DNA of 64,000 nt from Geopsychrobacteraceae bacterium (GTDB lineage Bacteria; Desulfobacterota; Desulfuromonadia; Desulfuromonadales; Geopsychrobacteraceae), in NCBI GenBank assembly GCA_963676795.2, contig CAXXTB010000001.1:1371212-1435211 (forward strand). Reading direction: 5' to 3'. Below are positions 1-9,279 of the stretch, in pieces. Position 1 is the stretch's first letter, and each line of letters begins with the position of its first letter. A program made the position numbers and the translations under genes. Under the pieces are notes generated by a model. That model searched no databases and was not told the DNA's origin. It worked only from the letters and a program-made list of their open reading frames with translations.

Positions 1-300
1 GACCGTAAGCGTCTTGAATTGGCGCGTGGATTGGCGACAAATCCCAAGCTGCTGTTGATGGATGAAATCGCCGGTGGCTTGACAGAGAGTGAAGCCTGGG
101 ACGTTTTTGAGATCGTCAAAAACATTCAGCAGCGTGGTGTGACGATCATCTGGATCGAGCATATCATGAGTATGATGGCCGCCGCCGATCGCCTGCTGGC
201 TTTGGCCCAAGGCACAACGATCATGTGTGATAAGCCGGATGTCGTTATGAACTCTAAGCAGGTTCTTGAATGTTACCTGGGTTCGGAATGTGACGTATGA
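1..300 (+). CDS. livG: Liv-type (branched-chain amino acid family) ABC transporter ATP-binding protein, 3' part; truncated by window start
   Basis: Open frame from base 1: DRKRLELARGLATNPKLLLMDE (Walker B) and IEH switch; overlaps the next ATPase start. Confidence 0.85.
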   Translation, partial: DRKRLELARGLATNPKLLLMDEIAGGLTESEAWDVFEIVKNIQQRGVTIIWIEHIMSMMAAADRLLALAQGTTIMCDKPDVVMNSKQVLECYLGSECDV

Positions 301-1013
301 AAAGCGGATCAATCTTAGAAGTCAGTAATTTGTCCGTTCACTACGGCGAGCTTCTCGCGGTAGAGGACATCTCGTTTACCATTGAACCTGGGCAGGTTGT
401 CTCGATCATCGGGGCTAACGGCGCTGGGAAATCAACAGTCCTAAAATCGATCTCTGGGCTCTGTGCAGCGTCATCCGGTTCGATCAAATTTTTGGGTGAG
501 GATGTCACTACCAGTAAGCCTTACCATACGGTAGCTGAAGGGATCGCCATGGTCCCGGAAGGGCGACATATCTTCCCGCGCCTGACCGTTCGCGAGAATC
601 TGCTGATCGGCTCCTTCACCCCGCGGGCGAGGAAAAACTCTGACAAGAATATCCAGAAGATCTATGAGCTGTTCCCGATTCTGGGGGAGCGCTGTGATCA
701 GTTTGGGATTAACCTCTCTGGCGGCGAGCAGCAGATGCTGGCGATCGGGAGGGCCTTGATGAGTGAACCTAAACTGCTGCTTTGTGATGAGATCTCGCTG
801 GGTCTGGCCCCGGTCATTATCAAGGATATCTACGACAAGGTGCATGAGATTCACAATGAAGGAATCTCGATCGTTCTGGTTGAGCAGGATATCAAACGCA
901 GTCTGAAGGCCTGTGACTGGGCTTATGTGTTTTTGGAAGGCAAGGTCGTCCTACAGGGGAGCCCTGAAGATTTGACAGAGGATGCTGTCCAAAAAGCTTA
1001 TTTCGGGACCTGA
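297..1013 (+). CDS. livF: Liv-type ABC transporter ATP-binding protein
   Basis: GANGAGKST Walker A, VPEGRHIF, LSGGEQQMLAIGRALM signature. Confidence 0.92.
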   Translation: MKSGSILEVSNLSVHYGELLAVEDISFTIEPGQVVSIIGANGAGKSTVLKSISGLCAASSGSIKFLGEDVTTSKPYHTVAEGIAMVPEGRHIFPRLTVRENLLIGSFTPRARKNSDKNIQKIYELFPILGERCDQFGINLSGGEQQMLAIGRALMSEPKLLLCDEISLGLAPVIIKDIYDKVHEIHNEGISIVLVEQDIKRSLKACDWAYVFLEGKVVLQGSPEDLTEDAVQKAYFGT

Positions 1014-1059
1014 TCTGTTATTATTCGTTTCGTCACCCTTTTTGTGAAAAGACGTCATT

Positions 1060-1938
1060 ATGGAAGAGTACTTACAGCTTATCTTAAATGGAGTTCTGCT
1101 GGGCGGGCTATATGCGGTCGTCGGTGTCGGTTTGTCGATGATCTTTGGTATCGTCAAGCAGGTAAATCTGGCTCATGGTGATTTGATGATCGTTGCCAGT
1201 TTCTTAAGCATGGTGCTGATCTCAACTTTCAAATTCCTCAACCTCTGGACCGTGTTGATTCTTGTTGTGCCGATCATGTTCGTTGTCGGCTTTCTGTTGC
1301 AGAAATATATTATGATGCGGGTTATGGACAAGGGGATGGAGCCGCCGTTGATCGTTGCCTTCGGTGTGTCGATCATTGTTCAGAACGGCCTGTTGCTGCT
1401 CTTTTCTCCTGATGCCCGTTCCCTGGAAACACCGCTGGCGATCATGTCGATCAAAGTCACGAATATGCTCTATATTCCAATGATGTACGTTGTCGACTTC
1501 TGTGTCGGGGTCGTCGTAATCCTGCTACTGCACTACTTCTTCAAAAAATCCTTCTGGGGTTGGGCTATCCGTGCCGCAGCCGATGATGAGCAAACAGCCC
1601 AGATTATGGGGATCAATACCAATAATATCTATGCCCTGGCGATGGGAATTGCCATCGCGTCAGCTGCTGTTGCCGGAACCCTGGTTGGTGCGACAAACAA
1701 CTTCTATCCGCACACCGGTCCGCAATACCTGATCATTGCCTTTGGTGTCATCATCATCGGTGGTGTTGATAGTATGATGGGTTCACTTCTCGGTGGTGTC
1801 ATCCTGGGCCTGGCGCAAACTCTTGGCGGTAAATTCTTCGGACCGGGTTACCAGTTGTTGTCGGGTTATGTTCTGTTATTGATTCTGTTAACCATTCGTC
1901 CACAGGGCCTGCTGAGTAAGGCGAGGAGGGCAGATTGA
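1060..1938 (+). CDS. livH: Liv-type ABC transporter permease (LivH family)
   Basis: GLSMIFGIVKQVNLAHGD motif, IRAAADDEQTAQIMGIN, multiple TM segments. Confidence 0.9.
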   Translation: MEEYLQLILNGVLLGGLYAVVGVGLSMIFGIVKQVNLAHGDLMIVASFLSMVLISTFKFLNLWTVLILVVPIMFVVGFLLQKYIMMRVMDKGMEPPLIVAFGVSIIVQNGLLLLFSPDARSLETPLAIMSIKVTNMLYIPMMYVVDFCVGVVVILLLHYFFKKSFWGWAIRAAADDEQTAQIMGINTNNIYALAMGIAIASAAVAGTLVGATNNFYPHTGPQYLIIAFGVIIIGGVDSMMGSLLGGVILGLAQTLGGKFFGPGYQLLSGYVLLLILLTIRPQGLLSKARRAD

Positions 1939-2885
1939 ATACCGCACGCATTAGAAATATACGGATCGCCTTCCTGGTTTTGGCCGTTGTCATCCTGGGT
2001 GGGGTTTCGCTCTTCGGCAACGAATATATCAAGCTGATTTTTATGCTGTTCTTTCTCTATATGTCCCTCGGGCAGTTCTGGAACCTGCTTGGCGGATACT
2101 CAGGACTGGTATCTCTGGGGCAGCAGATCTTCATTGGTCTTGGCGGTTACACCCTGGCAGTCACCACGGTCTATTACGGCTTCCCTCTGTGGCTTGGGGC
2201 TCTTGCCAGTGGTGTCTTCTGCCTGATCTTTGCCCTGATTATCAGCCGTTCAATATTCCGCATGAGTGGTGTTTATTTCTCCATCGGGACCTGGGTTGTT
2301 GCTGAATGTCTGGGGATCTGGTTCAATAACTGGCGCTATGTTCGCATGGGGCAGGGGATGTTTATCAAGCCTGCAAGGCATCTTGATGTCTCGGATGTTT
2401 ACTATATCGCTATGGCTGTTGCAATCGTCTCCGTGGCCCTGGTTTACTACTTGATGCGCTCCAAGATCGGTCTGGCCCTGATGGCGATGCGTGATAATCC
2501 CGGTGCAACCGAGGTCTGTGGTGTCTCCGTGTTCAAGAACAAGCTGTACTGCTTTCTGATCAGTTCCTTCTGTACCGGTGTTGTTGCAGCGGTCCTTTAT
2601 ATGAACATGATCTTTATCCAGCCGGATCAGGCGTTCGGGATTCAGTGGACGGTCGCTCTGGTTTTTATTGCCATCATCGGCGGTATCGGCACCATCGAGG
2701 GACCGATTCTTGGAGCTTTTATCTATGTCATTCTCCAGCAGTGGCTGAGTGATTACGCAAGTATCTCGATGCTGATTCTGGGTGTGATCGCCATTGTCGT
2801 TATGCTCGTTATGCCAAAAGGGATCATGGGAACCCTGCAGCGAAAAATTGGCTTTGAGCTGCTTTCTCCAAGACGCTACCTCTAG
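1935..2885 (+). CDS. livM: Liv-type ABC transporter permease (LivM family)
   Basis: WNLLGGYSGLVSLGQ, GLALMAMRDN, IIGGIGTIEGPILGA motifs; TTG start overlapping the livH stop. Confidence 0.9.
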   Translation: MNTARIRNIRIAFLVLAVVILGGVSLFGNEYIKLIFMLFFLYMSLGQFWNLLGGYSGLVSLGQQIFIGLGGYTLAVTTVYYGFPLWLGALASGVFCLIFALIISRSIFRMSGVYFSIGTWVVAECLGIWFNNWRYVRMGQGMFIKPARHLDVSDVYYIAMAVAIVSVALVYYLMRSKIGLALMAMRDNPGATEVCGVSVFKNKLYCFLISSFCTGVVAAVLYMNMIFIQPDQAFGIQWTVALVFIAIIGGIGTIEGPILGAFIYVILQQWLSDYASISMLILGVIAIVVMLVMPKGIMGTLQRKIGFELLSPRRYL

Positions 2886-2905
2886 CTGAGCCTGCGTATT
2901 CAGCG

Positions 2906-2945
2906 AAAAAGAGCCGGTCAGTTTTGTCTGATCGGCTCTTTTTTT
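2906..2945 (+). terminator. Rho-independent terminator after the liv operon (possibly bidirectional)
   Basis: AAAAAGAGCCGGTCAG-loop-CTGATCGGCTCTTTTTTT. Confidence 0.8.
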
Positions 2946-3335
2946 GCGTGGGATGGTAGGAGTAACGCTTTTTTATAGAGTTCAAGCATGAATTGAGCTT
3001 ATGGGCTCCCTTGATCCGTCGCAGTTTTTAATTGCGATAGCTCATGCTGGCTTGCGGTTGCTGCTCGTAAGAGTTACTACGAATGAATTTGAAAGTGACT
3101 GAATCTTGTCCGTGCTAATTTTGTCGTGATGAATACTTGTGTCGGGCAAACTTTAGATCTTCGTAGTATGCTTGCTCTTTGTCATGTGTACTAATGTGAT
3201 AAAAATCGTGCCATGTTGACGCGGCAAATCGCGGCGCAATTATAACTGCGCAGGGTATTCCTTGATGTTGTGCTGCTGGCGGCTCAGAATAAGTCTGAAG
3301 AGATGTGAAATTAGAAACAGATTTGCTTGAGGAAT

Positions 3336-3363
3336 AAAAAAGCCCGGCCAGAGAGCCGGGCTT
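3336..3363 (-). terminator. Rho-independent terminator after dctM
   Basis: AGCCCGGC/GCCGGGCT stem with an A-run on + (U-tract on -), just past the dctM stop. Confidence 0.75.
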
Positions 3364-3381
3364 GAATTTTTGGAATAACAT

Positions 3382-4686
3382 TTAACCGTGTGACAGGTAT
3401 GGCAACCAGGTGACCAGTGCCGGGAACGCAATCAGTAACCCGGTCGCGACGATCAGTGCATAGAGGAACGGCAGGACGCCCCGGAAGACGACCGGCAGTT
3501 CGACCTTGGCAATACCGGAGACGACGAAAACGTTAACCCCGACCGGTGGAGTGATGATCCCCATCTGCGAAATCAGAACGATGATGATACCGAACCAGAT
3601 CGGGTCGTAGCCCATGTCCATAACGATCGGGTAGAAGATCGGAATAGTCAGCATAATCAGCGCCAGGGCGTCGATGAAACAGCCGGCGACCAGGTAGATC
3701 AGGCAGATCATTGCCATGACGCCCCAGTTCGGCAGATCCATACCGGCAACGATACCTGACAGCTCCATTGGAATCCGGCTGACTGCGAGGAAGTGACCAA
3801 AGATGGTCGCACCGGCGATCAGCATCAGGACCATACAGGAGGTGTTGAGGGTCTCGGTAATCGCGCTCCACAGCCCTTTCCAGGAGATCTTTCTCTGCAG
3901 GGCGACAATGATCAGAATAGCGGCGGAACCTACCGCACCGGCTTTGGTCGGAGTGAACAGACCAAAAAACATGCCGCCCATGACGCAGATAAAGACCAGG
4001 ATGGTTTCCCACAGTTCGAGGACTGATGAGAACATTTCCTTGATGGTGAACTTCTTTCCCGGGGGGCCTTCGCTTGGATGGATACGGCAGTAGATCGCGA
4101 TGGCAACCAACATGAGAGCGGTAACCAGCAGGCCAGGAATAATGCCGGCGATGAACAGTTCACCGATCGACTGCTGGGTTGCGATACCGTAAACAATCAG
4201 TACGACGCTCGGAGGGATAAGGCTGCCGAGGCTACCGCCGGAGGCGACACAGCCGGTGGCCAGTTTGTCGCCGTACTTGTAGCGCTTCATTTCCGGAATA
4301 GCGATGGTCCCCATGGTTGCGGCTGTAGCCGTTGCGGAACCACAGATAGCGCCAAAGGCGGCACAGGCACCGATGGTTGCCATCGCCAGGCCGCCACGAA
4401 TCCGACCCAGGAATTTGTAGGCAACGTCAAACAGCTTGCTGCTGACCCCGGCATAGAAGGCGATGTAGCCCATGAAGACAAATAGCGGAATCAGGGTCAG
4501 GCTGTAGGAGGAAAAGACATCATACAGGTCGCGAGACAAGAGAGCCATGCCTGCGTTGAAATTGACCAGATAGCTGAAGCCGAGAAAGCCAACGACTGTC
4601 ATCGCATAGGCTACAGGCAGACGCAGGAACATCAGGACCAACAGCAGGACAATTCCTAATAAACCGACAATCATTGATTCTGGCAT
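3382..4686 (-). CDS. dctM: TRAP transporter large permease
   Basis: GAICGSATATAATMG, GSLGSLIPPS, MGIITPPVGVNVF motifs; many TM segments. Confidence 0.93.
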   Translation of the reverse strand: MPESMIVGLLGIVLLLVLMFLRLPVAYAMTVVGFLGFSYLVNFNAGMALLSRDLYDVFSSYSLTLIPLFVFMGYIAFYAGVSSKLFDVAYKFLGRIRGGLAMATIGACAAFGAICGSATATAATMGTIAIPEMKRYKYGDKLATGCVASGGSLGSLIPPSVVLIVYGIATQQSIGELFIAGIIPGLLVTALMLVAIAIYCRIHPSEGPPGKKFTIKEMFSSVLELWETILVFICVMGGMFFGLFTPTKAGAVGSAAILIIVALQRKISWKGLWSAITETLNTSCMVLMLIAGATIFGHFLAVSRIPMELSGIVAGMDLPNWGVMAMICLIYLVAGCFIDALALIMLTIPIFYPIVMDMGYDPIWFGIIIVLISQMGIITPPVGVNVFVVSGIAKVELPVVFRGVLPFLYALIVATGLLIAFPALVTWLPYLSHG

Positions 4687-5156
4687 GTTACTTTACCTCC
4701 AACAACAGATGCTACGAACTCAAAGAACATGCAGACCGCGAGAACCAGCATCGCAAACGCCATGGCGTAAACAAGGATATAGGCAGGGAGCAGCAGAATC
4801 ATGCTCACCTCGCCACTTGCCTGTAGAGCTGCGGCGTAAAGATAACAGCGCCAGGCAATAGTCAGGAACAGAAGGCAGCTGACGAGAGTGTTGAAAACGT
4901 CACAAATCTTCTTGATGCCATTCGGAAATTTGTTATAGAGCAGATCGACAGCGACATTGACGCCGGCCAAATGTGCATTTGGCAAGGCAAATGCCAGCAA
5001 CAGTGATGCCCAAAGTGCAACCAACTCCTCAGCCCCCAGTACAGGGTAGCCGAAGAACCCCCCCACAACATCAAGACAGGTCAGAATCATCATGCCCATC
5101 AGGCTGATGCCACTGATAATTTTCAGTAGTTTGGTAAATGGTAGTACGAACTTCAT
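4671..5156 (-). CDS. dctQ: TRAP transporter small permease
   Basis: 161 aa, 4 predicted TM segments, between dctP and dctM. Confidence 0.88.
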   Translation of the reverse strand: MKFVLPFTKLLKIISGISLMGMMILTCLDVVGGFFGYPVLGAEELVALWASLLLAFALPNAHLAGVNVAVDLLYNKFPNGIKKICDVFNTLVSCLLFLTIAWRCYLYAAALQASGEVSMILLLPAYILVYAMAFAMLVLAVCMFFEFVASVVGGKVTCQNQ

Positions 5157-5262
5157 AATCCTTCCTTCGCAGGTCCGGTGCAGGTCCGGCTGTCAGCAAA
5201 TGATCTTTGATGGTGTGGCTTGTCAGGGGTGGTCGAAGAAGTCGACCACCCCCGACCGTATC

Positions 5263-6306
5263 TTACTTCATCATGTATTTACTTTCAAAATTTCCAGCTC
5301 TTGCCTCAGCAATACGTTTTTCTACGTATTCAACAACTTCTTTGCCTGGCAGGCCCTTCTTTTCGCAGGTCTGGATGTATTCGTCGACAACCGGCTGAAC
5401 GGCTTTGCGCCATCTCATGGATTCTGCCGGATCGATCTGGATGATTTCGTCACCCAGTTTTTTGGAGAAAGCCAGACCGCGCTCATCAGCTTCACTCCAG
5501 GCTGCGCCGTGCTTCTGGATCTGGGACAGGCTCATGTCGTCGATGACTTTCTGCACTTCCGGATCAAGGCTGTTCCACTTGTCTTTGTTCATGACAACGA
5601 AGAAGCCGAGGGAGTAGGCGGTTTCTTCACTGACGATGTCGTACTTGGCAACTTCAGCCAGTTTCCAGTCGGCACTTGCGGAGAAGTCCCAGATACCGCC
5701 GTCAACAACACCTTTCTGCAGGGCTTGATAGAGCTCTGGCATCGGCAGAGAGACAGGGGTGCCGCCGAGCAGTTTGATCATTTCGGCAATCGGGCCATTG
5801 GATCTGATTTTCATACCTTTCCAGTCTTCCATGGTTTTAACGGCGACTTTTTTGGTATGGACATGGCCCGGGCCGTGTGCGGTCAGGTACAGGACTTTTG
5901 TGTCACTGAGTTCAGCAGGCTGAAATTTCTCAATAACTTCGTTGATGATAGCGGTGTTGACTTTGCCGCTTGGCCAACCGAGAGGCAGGTTGATGAAGTC
6001 CATCAACGGGAAGCGGCCACGAGTGTACTGCAGGATCGACCAACCCATGTCAACCATGCCATTGACGATACCGTCGTAGGTTTGCGGAGCTTTGATCAAG
6101 CTTTGGCCTGGGTAAAGGTCAAATTTGACCTTACCATCAGTGCGTTTCTCAACTTCACTGATCCATTGCTCGATCAGTTTAGTATGAACGTCGGTTGGCC
6201 CATGGTGGATGGCGAATGACAGGGTTGTTGTTTTGGCGGCGGCAGTCATAGCTGTTGTACATACAAACAGTACAGCAATTAAAGAGATAATTACTTTGTT
6301 TTTCAT
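5263..6306 (-). CDS. dctP: TRAP transporter periplasmic substrate-binding protein
   Basis: Signal peptide, KGMKIRS (conserved carboxylate-binding Arg), ELYQALQKGVVDG; AAGGAAGG RBS. Confidence 0.93.
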   Translation of the reverse strand: MKNKVIISLIAVLFVCTTAMTAAAKTTTLSFAIHHGPTDVHTKLIEQWISEVEKRTDGKVKFDLYPGQSLIKAPQTYDGIVNGMVDMGWSILQYTRGRFPLMDFINLPLGWPSGKVNTAIINEVIEKFQPAELSDTKVLYLTAHGPGHVHTKKVAVKTMEDWKGMKIRSNGPIAEMIKLLGGTPVSLPMPELYQALQKGVVDGGIWDFSASADWKLAEVAKYDIVSEETAYSLGFFVVMNKDKWNSLDPEVQKVIDDMSLSQIQKHGAAWSEADERGLAFSKKLGDEIIQIDPAESMRWRKAVQPVVDEYIQTCEKKGLPGKEVVEYVEKRIAEARAGNFESKYMMK

Positions 6307-7141
6307 AGATACACCTTCCTTAATTGAAATAGAGAAAATAAAAAAAGAACTCGATTACAAGGCTTTTTACATGGCACCTCCTGCTGTTGTGTTAATGATA
6401 TTAACGAACATTAAATGTCGGACAGACAAATTCTATATGAATCTGATGACATCGCAAGGTGAGTTGCTAAAAAAAAACGGTTACATATAGAGATATATGT
6501 AAATGGAAAATGCTGATGTGTGTTCAGTGAAAAAAAGGATATAGTAGTGTTATTTACTATAGAAATGATCTGATTACTGAACAACGATTGATTACAAAAA
6601 GCCTGCTCCCCCCAACATGTAGGCTTGAGTTTGCCTCAAATTCACTTGCATTTAGAGATCTGTGTGGTGGTTGTGTAGAACAGTTTTTTCTCTAAACATA
6701 AGTACATCTGTACGATGTATGCCTGATGTGTCTGACCAATTTAGATAAAATTTGATTATCAAGACGTTGGTTGTTGCTGTTCTGGTCTGATTGGTCTGAA
6801 CTGGGCAGTATATCTGGCAGTAGATAGGCCTTTCCCCTATTAAGGCATCTCTATGGATCTGCATGATAATCTGCGATCAAATTGAGGTTGCTTTCCGCTA
6901 CTAACGATCGTAACGCAAAGAAATTGAAGCGAAGCTAATTGTCAAAGACCGAAATGCTTGAGCGTACGTTAGCCAGCTATCTGGCGGTAAAACTAAATCC
7001 TGGTACATCAATTCATTTATCTGTGACTTACCGGCAAACAGCCCTGTTTACCAGTATTAAGCTCTTGTCGATGAAACGCCAGCAAGATAGGCATGTGCGG
7101 ATCTGTTATGTCGTAATGTGAAACATTATCTCGCTACATGA

Positions 7142-7170
7142 CTTATAAGGTTAATGAAACGTTCTGTCAA
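7142..7170 (-). promoter_or_regulatory. sigma70-type promoter facing the TRAP genes
   Basis: Minus strand TTGACA-N17-TATAAG; 15-bp operator-like boxes at 7129-7143 and 7109-7123. Confidence 0.6.
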
Positions 7171-7306
7171 TAAAAATCATCAGTCGTGAACTGTGCGGAT
7201 ACGCAGTCTTGTTGTGTGTGGCTCGGTGACCATGGGTGGCATTGTCGGGGTGAGGAGCTCTGATGTGCCAATTTGGCGCAAATCTGGCGTAAACGGCAGG
7301 TTTTTG

Positions 7307-7339
7307 TCGGCGGCCCTTCAGTTTCTGAAAGGCCGCCGA
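7307..7339. terminator. Stable hairpin just downstream of the Zn-dehydrogenase (probable terminator)
   Basis: TCGGCGGCCCTTCAG-TTT-CTGAAAGGCCGCCGA; no clear U-tract. Confidence 0.5.
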
Positions 7340-7347
7340 TTCAAATG

Positions 7348-8382
7348 TTACGACTGGTTCAGGTTAATGAGAACTTTTATGTCGCTGCTGAAATTCTTGT
7401 TTTGTGACAGTGTTGCCGGGAGATCGTCAATCTTAATGATGCGGGTAATCAGTTTGTTGACGTTGTTGAAGTGCTTGGCAACGATTTTAGCCGCCAGTTC
7501 AAATCCGCCGGTGCTGCCGATACTGGAAATCAGGGTGAGTGATTTCTTCATAATCAGAGGCAGGTCAACTTCCATTTTCTTCTGGTGGCCGACACAGACG
7601 ATTCTCCCTTGTGGACTGGCCAGGTTAATAGCATTGCCAAGAGAGGTTTCATGGCCTGACGCTTCGATGATCAGGTCGAACTGTTTTCCTTCGGCAATGT
7701 ACACCGGCAGTATCTTTGCTTGCAGGGCCTGGACCTGGTCGAAGCCAAATGATCTGACTATGGCCAGTTTGTCTTCGGCTACATCGACGATTGTAATCTG
7801 TTTGACGCCCTGTTCGATGAGCATAAATATGGCTAGGGCGCCGATTCCGCCACAGCCAATAATCAGGGCGCTTTCGATGGTCCTGAATTCTTCTGCTGGG
7901 ATACGATTGACGACGGCCTCCACTGTGACGGAGAGTGGCTCGACGAGAGCCAGGGCTTTCAGGTCGGGCAGTTTCTCGCATTTGTAGATGTGTTGCTGAT
8001 TGACAATGTTGAACTGTGAGCAGCTGCCGTCAACTGTTATGCCTTTTTTTTCAATCGATACGCAGTGGTTTTTGCGGCCCGACGTGCAAAATTTGCAGGT
8101 ATTGCAGTAGAGCGAGCAGTCTCCGGTGACAATGTCCCCGACGCTGAATCTGGCTTCTGCTGAGGCTCCCACCTTTACGATTTCGCCAACCCATTCGTGG
8201 CCGATGACAATCGGATATTTGTGCGGTGCCGTGTAGCTTCCGTGGTACAACTTCATGTCGGAACCGCAGAGCGCCGTGAATTTTACGTTGACCAGAACTT
8301 CATCATTCGCAGGTTCTCTGACCGGAAGGTCCAGGATCTGGATATCGTCTGGTTTGTTGATAATCGCTGTTTTGTTGGTCAT
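7348..8382 (-). CDS. Zn-dependent medium-chain dehydrogenase (sorbitol/threonine dehydrogenase-like)
   Basis: CGSD, GHEWVG, structural Zn motif CNTCKFC...C, GCGGIG Rossmann motif. Confidence 0.9.
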   Translation of the reverse strand: MTNKTAIINKPDDIQILDLPVREPANDEVLVNVKFTALCGSDMKLYHGSYTAPHKYPIVIGHEWVGEIVKVGASAEARFSVGDIVTGDCSLYCNTCKFCTSGRKNHCVSIEKKGITVDGSCSQFNIVNQQHIYKCEKLPDLKALALVEPLSVTVEAVVNRIPAEEFRTIESALIIGCGGIGALAIFMLIEQGVKQITIVDVAEDKLAIVRSFGFDQVQALQAKILPVYIAEGKQFDLIIEASGHETSLGNAINLASPQGRIVCVGHQKKMEVDLPLIMKKSLTLISSIGSTGGFELAAKIVAKHFNNVNKLITRIIKIDDLPATLSQNKNFSSDIKVLINLNQS

Positions 8383-8422
8383 GGCAATTACTCCGGGTGG
8401 TTCAACTCCACTGTTTGCAATC

Positions 8423-9187
8423 TCAGATCTGGCGGGTGCTGTGGAGTCGCGACGAGATCATGTTTGCTGCATTTTTCAGCTCGGAAACGATTTCATCGCT
8501 CCAGCCGCTGCCGAGGCGGTACGACGGCACGACAATCAAAAGACCCGCAACCGGTTCGTTCCTATGGTCAAAGATCGGTGCGCCGATGGCATTGATTTCA
8601 TCGAAATATTCACCAAAGTCGTACGCTACGCCCTCTTTGCGGATTTTGGCATAAATGTCTCTGATCTTGGCCGGGTCGGTGACTGTGTTCTTTGTGTAGC
8701 GTGGCATGTCTTTTTTGAGCCAGGCTTCGATTTCTTCGTTGCTGCTATGGGCAACAATCGCTTTTGAACCGGCATGGACATGGGGCAGAACCTGATCGCC
8801 GATCTCAATTTTCAACGAAACCGGATTTGGGGTGACGGCGACATAGGAGAGATAAAGATTGTTTCCGGATTTAACCTCCAGGTGAACGGTTTCGCCGACT
8901 TTGTCTCTCAGGGCATCACAGATTGGGGCAGCTACCTGGGCGACTGTTCCGTGCAGAGTGCGGTGAACCGCTCTCGCCATAAGGACCATGGCCGGCCCCA
9001 GACGATAGCCACGTGAGCGTGGATCCTGTTCAAGATACTCATGTTTTTTCAGTGTGGACAGAATGCGACTCATGGTTGCCTTGTTGGTACCAAGCCTGTT
9101 CGCCAGTTCTGTCGTGCCTAGAAGTGTCTCTCCTTTGGCAAAACAGTCAAATACCAAAAGTGCTTTCTCAATTGTTTTCAGTTCCAT
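8423..9187 (-). CDS. IclR-family transcriptional regulator
   Basis: N-terminal HTH (TTELANRLGTNKATMSRIL), YRLGP, GETVHL, AIGAPIFD. Confidence 0.93.
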   Translation of the reverse strand: MELKTIEKALLVFDCFAKGETLLGTTELANRLGTNKATMSRILSTLKKHEYLEQDPRSRGYRLGPAMVLMARAVHRTLHGTVAQVAAPICDALRDKVGETVHLEVKSGNNLYLSYVAVTPNPVSLKIEIGDQVLPHVHAGSKAIVAHSSNEEIEAWLKKDMPRYTKNTVTDPAKIRDIYAKIRKEGVAYDFGEYFDEINAIGAPIFDHRNEPVAGLLIVVPSYRLGSGWSDEIVSELKNAANMISSRLHSTRQI

Positions 9188-9279
9188 AGATGTATCCTAG
9201 TCAGCTGTGCTGCAGTTCAGCGGTACTTGATCTGAATGAAATATACCAGTTAGGGCTATCAGGTTGTGCTGTGCTTAAC

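Noticed and set aside
5092..6219. 375-aa ORF antisense to dctP (likewise 47193-48323 against rny, 31110-31949 against sufS)
   Set aside because: Antisense shadows of well-supported genes.
7193..7987. 264-aa plus-strand ORF
   Set aside because: Antisense to the Zn-dehydrogenase with no motifs.
7348..8382. Calling the Zn-dehydrogenase phloroglucinol reductase
   Set aside because: Characterised phloroglucinol reductases are NADPH-dependent SDRs; this is a Zn-MDR, so the name is unsupported.
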